DNA of 62,482 bases, the filler included, from Kipferlia bialata (taxonomy: Eukaryota), in NCBI GenBank assembly GCA_003568945.1. It is 3 parts of 3 records of this genome, joined end to end, with 100 filler letters (N's around TTAATTAATTAA, not from the genome) between each part and the next. Parts side by side here need not be neighbours in the genome. Positions count along the whole stretch, not along the records: positions 27,695 to 55,275 come from BDIP01000167.1; 2 more parts are not named here. One strand, 5' to 3'. The notes beneath the pieces are model-generated. The model had not been told where the DNA came from, did no database searches, and saw only the letters and a list, made by a program, of their open reading frames with translations. Position numbers and translations under genes: made by a program. Positions 39,976 through 51,800 of this stretch are shown here, one piece after another (the stretch's first letter is position 1; every line of letters starts with the position of its first letter).

Positions 39976-42900
39976 GACTTCGAATAGAGTGTCTTCTCTT
40001 TCCCAGGCTGTGTGCTTGTCTCCTCCCCCTCGGTGTATATACATACATACACACACATATATATATTTATTAATATATTTACCGTATACCGGATATATTC
40101 ACCCCAGGCTCTGTCCTTGTGTCCTCCCCCTCGGTCTATGACAGACAGTTCCTGGTGGCCAGTGTCAGCGCAGAGTACAGAGACAGGTACAGAGAGATAT
40201 ATACATGTTGGACATATCAATGTATGCGATACATTCACTGAGTTTGGTGTATGATGTTGGTGGCCAGTGTCAGCCCTGAGTGCAGGGACAGGTGTGGGTA
40301 TAGATTATACCATTACCCGAAAAGTCGATTTACAAACAGTGCCGACGTGACTGTCATCTGGCGCTCTGTCCTAAAAACTGCTATTGTTTCACATATATGT
40401 ATATTTGTATTATGCTTATCATTCATCTTACCAATAGACCAGACGTGACTGTGATCTGGCGCTCTGTCCTGTTTGAGGCCATGGCAGCTGGGGTCAGGGA
40501 CCAGAGGATACCCCTCCAGTACACGCTCTACTTTGTGGAGCACCTAGTGGATAGCAGGCTCTTCCCAAGGCTCGCAAGGTACCGCGTAAGTCTAAGTAGT
40601 GACAGTCACTCGTGTGTGTTTTCATAGGTGTAGAGTATATATCACACCCCTTACCTGGTGCAGAGTATCTATTGAATACCCACCCCTTACCTCCAGGTTC
40701 ATCTCCCTTGCAACGTGTTCCAATGCCTCAAAGGGCATACTGCAGCTGTTAGCAGCACTTGTACAGCTGCCCCTGAGGATACAGGATCCCAAGCAGGCTG
40801 AGGCCACCAAGCAGCAGATCTGGCAGGGCATGAGCTGGATATCGCGTAGCATCAGACCGGAGCAGCCAAAGCCTAGACCGGAAACCATTTACAGGTACGC
40901 AGCTGTTTTACACTCAAGGATGGTATATAGTCAAACTGAATACTATTGGAAACGTTGTATCACCTCTAACTCTCAGGGACCTTGCCCGTCTGTGTCTGAA
41001 CCCCCTGGCCCTGCCTGACTCTGTCACTGTGCTGCCCTATCTGGTGCCCAGACCAGGCCTCTCTGCATCGGTGGTGGAGCCATTTGTACAGATGGTCACG
41101 CAAGGTGGGTGGAGTAGGGTGAAGCATGTGAAGTAGTCTCAGTTAGTAGCATCATACTTACCATAGGCACCAATGTTGTGACACCCGATGGCGTCCCTGC
41201 CCTGGCCCCCCTTCTCTCTCTGCTGCCACACGTGACATGCACACCAGGCCACAACGAGGTATATTGACACATGACACAGTGTGAACTTCCAGTGACGTGT
41301 AGAGTGATGTACTCACTATGATATCTTTCCACGCATCTGGTGTAGTATACATATGTATATGTATACTAGTATAATCACTGACATCCCAGGTCGGCCTCAT
41401 TCTGTCCTATACACATGTATATATTGTGGTATATATGTATGTATTTACTATTCTTGTTACTATATTTACCGTATAATTCTTGAATTTGTATATTTCTATT
41501 TCTGTTACTAATACCAGGTCGGCCTCATCCTGTCCTACCTGAGCCACTCCCCCATCCCCGGTCTGCCCAAGGTTGGCCTACAGACAGGGGGAGGGGTGGA
41601 CATGGGCAGTGTCGGTGCGGCCATTGGAAGGGACAAGGTATCATCACCCTACAGTGTCAGTATTTTTATATATTGTAGTACTTGTACTTGCTTACCACTC
41701 AGGAACTTATGCACCTCCTTGCCGACATTGTCGAGTTGAGGACAGTTATGCCCGGGGAGCTCCCCCCACCTGGCACCCCGTACCCCCCCTTGCCCCCTGC
41801 CCCTGTGCAGCTATCCCTCCTCGACACCCTAATGGTGGATGTCACACACCCACTGACATCCCCTGAGAAGTGGGCCCAACAGATGCGGTCATGTGGGTGT
41901 GCCTCAGATGCAGTTGTGTCATTTGTAGTCAGGCTACTGGTGCATGAGGTGCTGGCATCATGGGAGCAGGGTGCGGCACATGCAACCTCCCCTGCCTCTC
42001 TCTCCCCCTCTGCCCAGTCACAGCCATGCCTCAAGGCACTCCTGGGGCTGAGGAGGTCACACCCAGTGTTCTTGTTTAAGGTACTCAAATCCGTTTGACA
42101 TTGCACTTGTACAAGACACATCATGTTGAGACCAGTTTCATTTTTCCTCTTTGCTGAATAATGCCTCTCACCCTTGATCCTGACGTCTGTACTAACGATG
42201 TTATTCATATAATATCTTCTTCTATTTCCCTTGACTCTCCCTAACCCCCAGATCCTGACGTCTGTGCTGCACTGGGTGGTGACTGCCAAGGAGACTGAGC
42301 CCTCACTCCTCAAGGCAGGGGTGTCCCTCTGCCTGGTACTCTTGTCTGTCCACACCGACATCCTCTCCGTCTCCATGGTATCTGCACTGACCGGTGCAGC
42401 TGATGTCTTTGAGGAGTTAGTCTCTGGTCTATCCACCCTTCTACAGACAGAAATGGAGACATCATTGAAGACCAGCCTCTACTGCGTCAGGGCAGAGTTC
42501 CTCGTCCTGATGCTATCGGCCATGACCCCTATCCGTGCTGCCAAGTACATATCTGTCAACAGGCTCAACATCCTACTCACTCCTGAGGAGAGGTCACGGT
42601 TCAGTGACGGAGGGGGTGTGAGAGTGCTGGTTAGTATCCTCTGTGCATGCTGTGACAGATACGCTGAGGTGCTGGCGGACATCTCTGCCCCCCCCACCCC
42701 TGTCTCCTCCATATCCCCTGTGCAGATGACACCATCACCTGGGGAGGCACTCTCTAGGACGGTGTCCCTCTCTGGCCTCTCTGCCACAGTCACTGCGGCA
42801 CCTGACCCAGTCTCAGCTGTCTTTGAGGTGCTCAGGTACCATAAGTCAGACGCTATACACTATATATATATATGTGTGTGTGTGTTTTAATGGTACTACT

Positions 42901-43393
42901 AGTCAGGCACTTATCACTATATAAATACGTCTCTATGCATGTTCTTACCCCCTCCAGGTACCGGCTGTCCGACCCAATGGCAGAGGTGGCCACGCTTGTC
43001 ACAGACGCCGAGACGCTTTCCCGCATGTCACCAAACGACAAGACTGTCTCCTTACCCGATGGGGCTGACCCCCTCCCTGCCTCTGCACCTGTATCCAAGA
43101 GACTGGTGGCATACCTGGCCCTAGATGCACAGAGGGGTGTGAGGGCTGATACCCTGGCTAGGTGCCATGGGGCTGAGGGCAGGCACCCGGAGCAGGGGAT
43201 GTGGCTGCCGATTCAGACACCAGTAGGTAAGGCGTGAATGTCACACTTCGATGGTTGTATTTCCTTATCAATTGTATGATACACACTTATTCCAGGCCCC
43301 CAGCCGGCTGGTCTACTCACCACCCCCTCTGAAGGTGTACTTCCAGCACTCACCAGGGATGAGAGAGACGCAATGCGCCTGGTGGAGGGGTGA
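28717..43393 (+). CDS. Very large multi-exon ARM/HEAT-like helical protein with a central ConA/LamG-like beta domain (resembles the N-terminal part of neurobeachin-type proteins)
   Basis: ATG at 28717 (MLSGSSVQKDYARFK...), followed by dozens of Leu/Ala/Val-rich helical exons and an acidic insert at about 34470-34760. Exon 35611-36122 reads LYVAMWVC...LLLSLRG...HGQWSQISVSLSGQCVVSVDG, which is LamG-like. The last exon ends ...RDERDAMRLVEG with TGA ending at 43393. Confidence 0.7.
29103..42190 (+). repeat. Dispersed intronic half-exon tandem duplicates within the ARM gene
   Basis: Examples: 29776-29812/29876-29912/29986-30013; 30808-30854/30932-30978/31037-31083; 34085-34114/34193-34222/34314-34343; 38863-38899/38960-38996; three copies of gtactggatgtcatcagaacatcaaactacatcccattcctag-gt at about 39578-39784. 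Confidence 0.9.
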
Positions 43394-43742
43394 ACTCAAC
43401 AGTGATACTGGATGGGTTATGTAATACACGTGTTCCAAAATAGTGATGTGTGGAAACTGTCAATATATCGAGACACGTTTAATGGGGGGCATCGATGTTC
43501 TCTAAGCTTAGTCATTTCCGGGCACCTCTAAGAAGAATATTTATGTCCCTGATTCAATACTATTTATGGAGAGCTTCTCTACATCTGCGGATGCTATTTT
43601 AAGTCTATGACTATTGCTGTTTAGGTGGAGTAACTAAACCTATTAGACTAAGTACTATATATCAAACACTATATCGGAGACACAAGAGGCAGTCATGGGA
43701 ATGCAGGCGGTACATTGGTCACAGTGACACACAGTGACACAG

Positions 43743-44185
43743 TCACTCATCCATGGGACCGGCAGAGCATCTGCATGTGCTGGGGGTTAGATATGTGGAG
43801 AGAGAGCGCGAGGAAGCGAGTGGGTGAGAGAGTTAGGAATGGTGTGAGAGTGAGGAGTCGCACTGGACACTAGGTAAAAAAGTAGAGACAGAGAGACACA
43901 GGGTGTGAGTATATGAGGGAGAGTGGGTCAGTACCTGTTTGTGACGAGTGCACAGTAGTGGGGGTAGGGGCAGGCACCCCAGCAGGCCTAGGGTGAGGAG
44001 TAAGATATGAATTAGCCTTGACACTCAAGTTGCAATGATACTGAAGAGAGAGAAGGACAACTGGTACATATGGCAGTGACACTACCTGAGAGTGGAGGTC
44101 GAACCCACATGTGGAGCACTGGCAGTTCTTGGGGTATATCATCTGGAGTGAGGGAGAGGGGAAGAGAGAGAGAGAGAGAGAGACT

Positions 44186-44223
<38 letters not shown>

Positions 44224-44785
44224 CTTCAACACATGCATCTAATGTCAGTATCAGCATCAGTACCCTCACCTCAATGCAGATCCTAGATCCGGCATGGTAG
44301 TAGTATAATGAATGTAATACACTATATATGTGACATATATAGTGTGTCCAAACCTCAATGCAGGCACCAGTTCCGGCGCGGCAGCTCCCGACACAGTCAC
44401 CAACACTCTGGAGGGTGAGACAAGGGGGGGGGGTAGGGTGAGTGAAGGGAGGACAGAGAGACTATACAGAGGTGAGAGAGAAAGAATACTTAGTACATGT
44501 ATCACTATGGAGTCAAATACATGTCATCTTTACGTACCGGGCTCCAGTAACAGCTGTTACCTCCCACATCCTCCACTGCCATGGTCTCATTGACCATGGA
44601 GGCATCGCCAGAGAAACTGGGGTGAGAGAGGTATACTGTATGGATACACGGTGTATTACACCCCACTACCTACTCCCACCTTAGATACTACATCTGATCC
44701 ATGTAATACCGCACCTCTCGAAGTCCTCGGCATGCACGTACAGAGCCAACACCAGGCACACACACAGAACAAGCAGGGAGTGCAT
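43743..44785 (-). CDS. 116-aa secreted cysteine-rich protein with two tandem 6-Cys modules
   Basis: Six exons (44785-44715, 44616-44538, 44407-44354, 44142-44086, 43987-43935, 43779-43743) splice in phase to MHSLLVLCVCLVLALYVHAEDFESFSGDASMVNETMAVEDVGGNSCYWSPSVGDCVGSCRAGTGACIEMIYPKNCQCSTCGFDLHSQACWGACPYPHYCALVTNSTCRCSAGPMDE*. Confidence 0.8.
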
Positions 44786-44931
44786 ATTGTCAAGGGAAGT
44801 CTTAGAGGAAGAGCCATGATTCGGAATACTAAGAGACCTTAAAGTGCGTATAGGAACTTAGGGTTTCTACCCGATAATGATTGTTGACAGGCTTTGGAAA
44901 CGACTCTCTCTCTACCGATAACACTCTAGAG

Positions 44932-46231
44932 ATGGGTGTACCAGGCCTGGCCAGCACTGTGAAGGACCATGTCAAGGCGGACAGGAGCAACCCTCCCATG
45001 TCCCTGTCCACGTGTGTGGAGGGCATGCAGGGTGGGTGTGATACATATATTTTATCTGTTATCACACATATCATGCACTAATATTGCCCTCTACCCGTGT
45101 CATACACACTCACAGCAGGGCAACAAGCCCCCCAGACCCCTATCAAGGTGTACCTGGATACCAACAACTACCTGCTCCACGATGGGTACGGATGGGAGTG
45201 GTGATGTATACTTGTCATGGTGTTCATTTGAGGCTATAACTTATCTGTTACTGTTCCCTTCTCTGACACCTTAGGTTTGTTGGTGCCTATCTGCGCCAGA
45301 GTGTGTTCCCCTCTATCTCTAGGGCCCTGCTTCCCTGGGAATGCCTCAAGGCAGTACTGCCAGGTAGGATGTATACTGTATCAACACACCCTATCATTGG
45401 CAATGTACTAAGCTGGGGGTCTCAAGGCAGTAGGCGCTGCCAGGTATGCATATCATCATCACTGTCTCTCCATCTTCTCTCTCCCCCCCCCCCCCCCCCC
45501 TCCTCCCTCCCTCCCTTTCCCCCCCCCCCCCCCCCCTCCCCCTTGTCCCCTTGTAACTGTTCTCACACCAGAGGCCCTCCCCTCTGCCTCTGCCCTCCGG
45601 TCACTCTGTCAATCTCTGGACACTTCTCCCATCGAGCAGCAGCTTGACCAGTCCCTGATGGAGGCCAAGGCACGATGTATCACTCCACTTTTCTTGTACT
45701 GTTCCCTATTCACTATCCACTGACCCATCAGGCGGATGAGCTTCTATCACTGCTCCATGGCCCCTTGTTCAGACTTGCCTCTCTATCCAACAGGATACCC
45801 ACGGCAGATACAATCAGGTACCTCTCTCTCTCACACACACACACACACTCTCTCTCACTCTCTCCCACCTGTGAACCGTCAGCGTGTAGTGTTCCCACAC
45901 TCTTCCTGTCTCCACTCAGCCCTCTCTTCCTCTCTCTCCTTACATTAGGCGATGGGCCAGGACCAAGCAGGAGACACGGTGTCTGGACGCCGTATCAGTC
46001 ATCAATGCTGTCCTCTCGGTGGCATCGGAGGTGGACAGGAGGGTGTCTGAGATAGTGGACAGGGAGTCTGAGCCGAGGCCTCCTCCGTCTCTCTCCTGGG
46101 TGGAGAGGGAGAGGGGCAAGGCGAGGGAGGTGGGGCTGGTGCTCAAGGCCGAGGTGATGCGCCATGCCAACAGTAGCTCTGACAGCGTCACCAAGTGGGC
46201 TGCCCAGGTTACAGAGAGCCTCAGGGTCTAA
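44932..46231 (+). CDS. Short multi-exon protein with a PIN/XPG/XRN-N-like N-terminus (degenerate)
   Basis: Starts MGVPGL and exon 2 contains IKVYLDTNNYLLH. Both resemble the MGV..(L/F) and LY(L/I)DxN motifs of XRN/asteroid/XPG-type nucleases. Ends ...KWAAQVTESLRV with TAA at 46231. Other catalytic acidic motifs were not recognised. Confidence 0.45.
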
Positions 46232-46585
46232 GTCAGAGACTCAGAGACTATTGAGCATCCCTTTGACTTTATGGTGACCATGTCATTTGCTAAGGGGTGC
46301 GTTAGAGTCCCACCCTGTTGGGATCTGTCAACTATGTGTGTAGTGTGAAGTGTATAGTGTGTTGTTTAGTGTCGTTCCTGTTGTTGACAATATATTGGTT
46401 GCGCTGGATAGATTCGGTGTCAAAAGTGATTTCTGTTTTCATTTCAAAACTTTGGAGACTCACTCGGCTACTCTCTAGTGAAGTGTTTGGACAGGTACCG
46501 ACTGTGACGAGAGAACCAGCAGAGTGGTTGTTCAGGAAGATAACCCAGTCGCACTGCGTTCCACTTTCCTGAGAGAGCACTAGGG

Positions 46586-48775
46586 ATGACGGTCCCTGGG
46601 GTCACTCCCAGGACATCCCATGTCAGGGTGCCCATATCCCTGAGGCCCAGGACAAAGGCACTCACGAGGGACACAGCCGTGCACACGTCCAAGATGAAGA
46701 TCCTGTGCAGGGTGAGACCCGAGCTGGATGGCGAGATGCTCCCCGGTCAGAAGGGCATCCTGGGGTGTGAGGAGGGGTCTGGCCGGATTGTCATCACGGA
46801 GCCGGACTCCATCGAGAAGAAGGGCGGGAGCGAGTCCTTCACGTTCACCCAGGTGCTGCAGCCCAGTGCTGACAATGCGCAGTGCTATGAGGCGGTGGCT
46901 GATGAGGCACAGAAGATGACAGAGGGTGAGTGTATGTATATACCACTGCAATACCCAATAACCCCCTATCCAAGTTTAAGCCTCACCACGTTCTGTATAG
47001 GGTATACTGATGGTATGTACACACCAGCTGTGTCCATACAATGGTGGTTGCATGTTATCTGTATGAATGGATTTTGATACCGGTACCGTTTGGCGGTCAC
47101 ATTATATGTGCACTATTACTCACAGTATATGCACTCATAGTTTTACTCAGCCCCTGCACTGCTTTTATATGTCCTACTGGTGCAGTATATGTTACTGGTG
47201 TGAGCTCTCTCTTGAATTTCCCAACCCACATCAAACTCTGGTACCAATCTTCATTGTCCCCACATACTATATGTCTGTATATGTCCTGCTTCCTTGCTGG
47301 TTCCCCATCTTTCCTTGAAGGACTCCCTTCCATCATTCTTCCCTCACCTCTCTCTCTCTCTCCCTCTCTTACTCTCTCTCATGCTTCTACTCCTTTCTCT
47401 CTCGTGCTCATGCTCAGATATCATTGATCATGCCCGCTTCTCTCTCTCTGTCCTCCCCCTCTCATTGTCAGGTGTCTCCCTGTCTGTCATGGCCTATGGC
47501 ATCACAGGGTCTGGCAAGACACACACCATACAGGTACACTCTGCTTGGCCATATGCATCTCTGACCCATAGATCCCACAATGGCACTTCTATACATGTAT
47601 TAATAATTGTTAACATATATATGTATTGTTATATGCCCCCCTCACCCCCAGGGCACCAAGAAGGACGAGGGTATCCTGCCCAGGCTGTTGGAGCACATAT
47701 TCAGCACAGTCAGGTGGATATAGTATGGGTATTGAGTGTAAGTTGGGTATCTCTAACAGTACATCCCCTCTCCTTATATGTCAGGTGGGGCCCAGGACAC
47801 GGTGACCCCCACACACCTACTAAGAGGACGCCTGGGGTCAGAACACCTAGCAGGACACCTAGGTGACACTACAATATGTTACATTCACCAACTACCTGTG
47901 TTTACCCCTTCCCTTATAGTATTCGTATCCACTGTTACCAACCCCAGGGCAGGTGGCAAGGTGGAGAGACGGGTCAGGATCAGTGTCCTAGAGCTCTACT
48001 GCAACTCATGCTACGACCTATTGGCTGATGTCCCAAAGTATGTCAGCTGCCTACACTGTAAGCGTGTTATACTCTATTGATGCTGAAGTTGTCGCTCTTC
48101 TTATCTGTCAGGAAGGCCATCAAGAACACAAGGACGGTGCATGAGGTGTATGGCGCCACAGACGGTACGGGTTTCTCTTTCCTTGTCTCTCTCTCTCTCT
48201 CTCTCCCTCTCTCCCTCCCTCCCTAACCCAGTTGGTGAGCAGGTTGCCTCTGCCAAGAGTGTCCTTGTCACGTCATACTCCAGCTGCATGAGGGTGTACA
48301 AGGTGCGGCTGCATAGTATAGTAGTGTGTCTATCCACACCCCACCCTCACCCCAGGCTGCCCTTAAGCGCAGGAGAGAGGGGGCCACCAGGTGGAACCTG
48401 CACTCATCCAGGTGGGCACAGGCTCTCTCTCTCTCTCTCTCTCAGTGTATATCCATATTTTTGTGTGTGTACCCCTCCCACCCCAGGTCCCACCTGGTCA
48501 CTAGAGTGAGTGTCATGGACACAGTCGTCAATGACAAGGTGAGGCACTGGTGCAGATTTATATGTGTATGTATATATGTGTACATCCGACAGAGTACCTC
48601 TCACTCTTTGCATCTCCAGTATTCCTCTCTCTCTCCTCACCCCAGGGCCATGAGACTGAGGTTCTCTTCTGCCGTGCCTCTCTGTTTGACCTGGCCGGAT
48701 CTGAGGAACACGACGCAGAGGCCACAGACAGGACCAACAAGGAGGTGGGGAGAGTGTATATGGACATATATATTA

Positions 48776-48814
<39 letters not shown>

Positions 48815-51800
48815 ACAGACAAATAAGGAGGTGGGTGGGGGGTATATATAGAGAGAGAGAGAGAGACAGAGAGGGAGAGAGATGCCACGGACATGTCCAA
48901 TACATAAGTGAGTTAACATCCGTACATATACTCTCTTTCCTCCCTTTCACCCCAGGGTTCCAAGATCCGCCTCTCCCTGCTGTCCTTGGGCAAGGTACTG
49001 GAACAGCTGAAGAGGGGGGAGAAGGGGAGACCCGTGTTCAGAGAGTCTCTGCTGACCCGTCTGCTCCAGCCCCACCTGTCGCCAGAGTCAAGTGAGTGAT
49101 GCATGCCTCTCTCCCTCTCTCTCTCTCTCCCTCTCCCTCCCTCACCCCAGAGATGGCCTCCACCTGCGTCATGTTCCTCAATGTGCACGGACACCCCAAG
49201 CACCACTCAAGCACAAAGGTGGGCAGGGGTATGGTGATATGCTATGTTATCAGTGTTGTATATTTGGTGTATTGTATATATGTATATACACCCACCCCCA
49301 GGCTGCCATGAAACTGGCCTCTGTGTCACAAGAGATCAGACTCAAGGGAACGGTGGCTAGGTGTGTTATAGATGTGTATTGGGATGGTTAGAGAGGCACC
49401 TTACTTTATCAATCCCCCCCCCACCCCTACCCACCCCAGGGTCACCTCTGTGAGGCCTGATGGATACCCAACCACAGCCAGAAGGACCAGGAGGGTGCCA
49501 GGTATGGGTGTATCTGTGGTGTAGTATATACATATACTCCCCCCACCCACCCCAGGCTCCCGTCTCCGCACTGGCAGGGCCTCTGTGCGTCGGTCTGCCT
49601 ATGTCAGTAGGAGGGAGAGAGAGATGGCAACGCCATCGCAGGTGGGATACCATACTCCTGTTTTGGGATTTCCATCTATTGTATTAATACACTTAACGCT
49701 GCAGTTGATAGTCCCTGAATAGTATCTATAAGAGTTATTCTGGATACTGGCATGAGTATGTAACAGTATATGTCTCACCCCAGCCCCAGCACCGCCTGGC
49801 TCTAGGGGGCATGACCCTCGACACAGAGGGGGAGGGCACTCCCTTCCAGGGGCCCGGGAGTCCTCTCCTGGACAACAAGATCAGGTGCGTACTTGGCTGA
49901 ATACTCGATATACTGTACTCAATCTATCCTTCCCTCCTTCTGTCTTTCTTTCCGTTTCTATCTCCCCCCCCCCTCTGACCCCCAGCCAGGCCTCTGAGGT
50001 GGCCAGGTCCAGACTGGCACACGGATACGGGCCAGGTACTGCACCGATACATATGCATAGACTGTGTTTACCTTCCTTCCTCACCCCCAGACGTGTCCCC
50101 TTCGGCCCCCCATGGCATGGACATAGATATGGATATGGACCCTGACAGCCAGATGGTGCAGATGACAGTGGGTGAGGGAACCATTCATTATATATATATA
50201 CATCGAATACCTGTGTATGTAGTGTGTATATATGTATGCACCCACCCCAGGTGAGCTCCGTACCATCCACACCCAGTTCCAGGACACCAGCAGACAGTGG
50301 CTGATGGACAGAGAGCGGAGGTGGGGTGTGCTATTCATAACTATGGGAATTGTGGAGTTTATTACTGGAATGAATTTCGGTGTATATTGCTGCATCGCTT
50401 ACACCCAGCGAGGAGGCCATTCGCAAGGAGATGTGTGAGCAGTTTGACGCATACATGACACAGGCCATGCACGAGGGTGGGTTATTTGTGTATTTATTTA
50501 TATACTTTTATATACAAATTAGTATCTATGTGTGTGTGTGTGTATTGAGAGAGAGAGGGGGAGTTATACATGGCAGAGGGTGTAGTTTGTATACATGTGT
50601 ATATATCCCCCCCCACCCCAGAGCAGGAGTACTCCGGGGCCATCATAGAGAACCTCAGGAAGGAGCTCTCGGACATGACCCTGCTGTACACTAAGGTATA
50701 GTAATACATAGAGAGAGGGTCAGTGGCGCGAATATATACAACGTCTCACACAGGCCGACCTCCACGAGACCCTAATGAGACAGGAGAGGGACAAGATGGC
50801 CAGCCAGGAGGTGGGTGGTGTATATGAATATGAGTGTATACATCTTTAGGAAGAGAGCGCTGAGTGAGTGGAGCACACTGGACAGTCAGTGTATGTGTAT
50901 ATTACAGAAGACCCCCATGTCCCTCCCCCCAGGCCACCCTGCGGCATGGCATGGACATACTGCAGCAGAGCGTGACATCTCTACAGGCGCAGCGGAGGGA
51001 GGTGGGGGACTGTGTGCTCATACATACAAATACATCCGTACATGAATTCTATCTCCCCTCTTATGCCAGACCCGGTCTGCCCTGTACACCACCGCCCAGG
51101 GCATGGAGACATGTGCAGACAGGGGGTGCGCACAGAAGGTATTGACACTCTGAATATGTGTGAGTAGTTCATCGAGTATTCAGAACCTTCAGCGTATGCA
51201 TTCACCTAGATACCCGTGTGTACCACTCTCCTCTCACCCCTCAGATATCTGCCCTGGAGATGTCCCTGACCCAGTTGAGGGAGGAGCTAGACACAGTGGA
51301 ACAGGAGAGACAGGCAGAGAGAGAGAGGGCGGAGGCAGAGGTCAGTGGGCATAGTCACTATGCAGCATAGTGAACCAATGGATATATACATATACCCAAT
51401 GTACCGTCTGGCTGTCTGTATCCGTTACATCCCTCTCTCTCTCTGCACCCTTATCCCTAGGCTGCCTCTGCCCTTATCCTCCACACCCAACAGATGGAGG
51501 AGCTGAAGGATGGCTACACATCACACATAGAGGTACAGGGTAGCCATGTACATTTATCTGAATGGGTGTGTACACTATTATTAGATATGCGTCTCACCGT
51601 CTAGACCCTTGAGAGAGAGTCCCAGGCAGAGAGAGAGAGAGCACTCGACGCCCAGGCACAGTATGAGGAGGCCCTGGTACGTCTCTCCCTCTTACTCTCC
51701 CTCTCTCTCCTCACACCCCTAATGTCAGGCCGAGCTAGAGAGAGAGCACGAGGCCGAGGTCGAGGAGCTCCAGACAGGGTATGATGAGGAGGTGGCAGAG

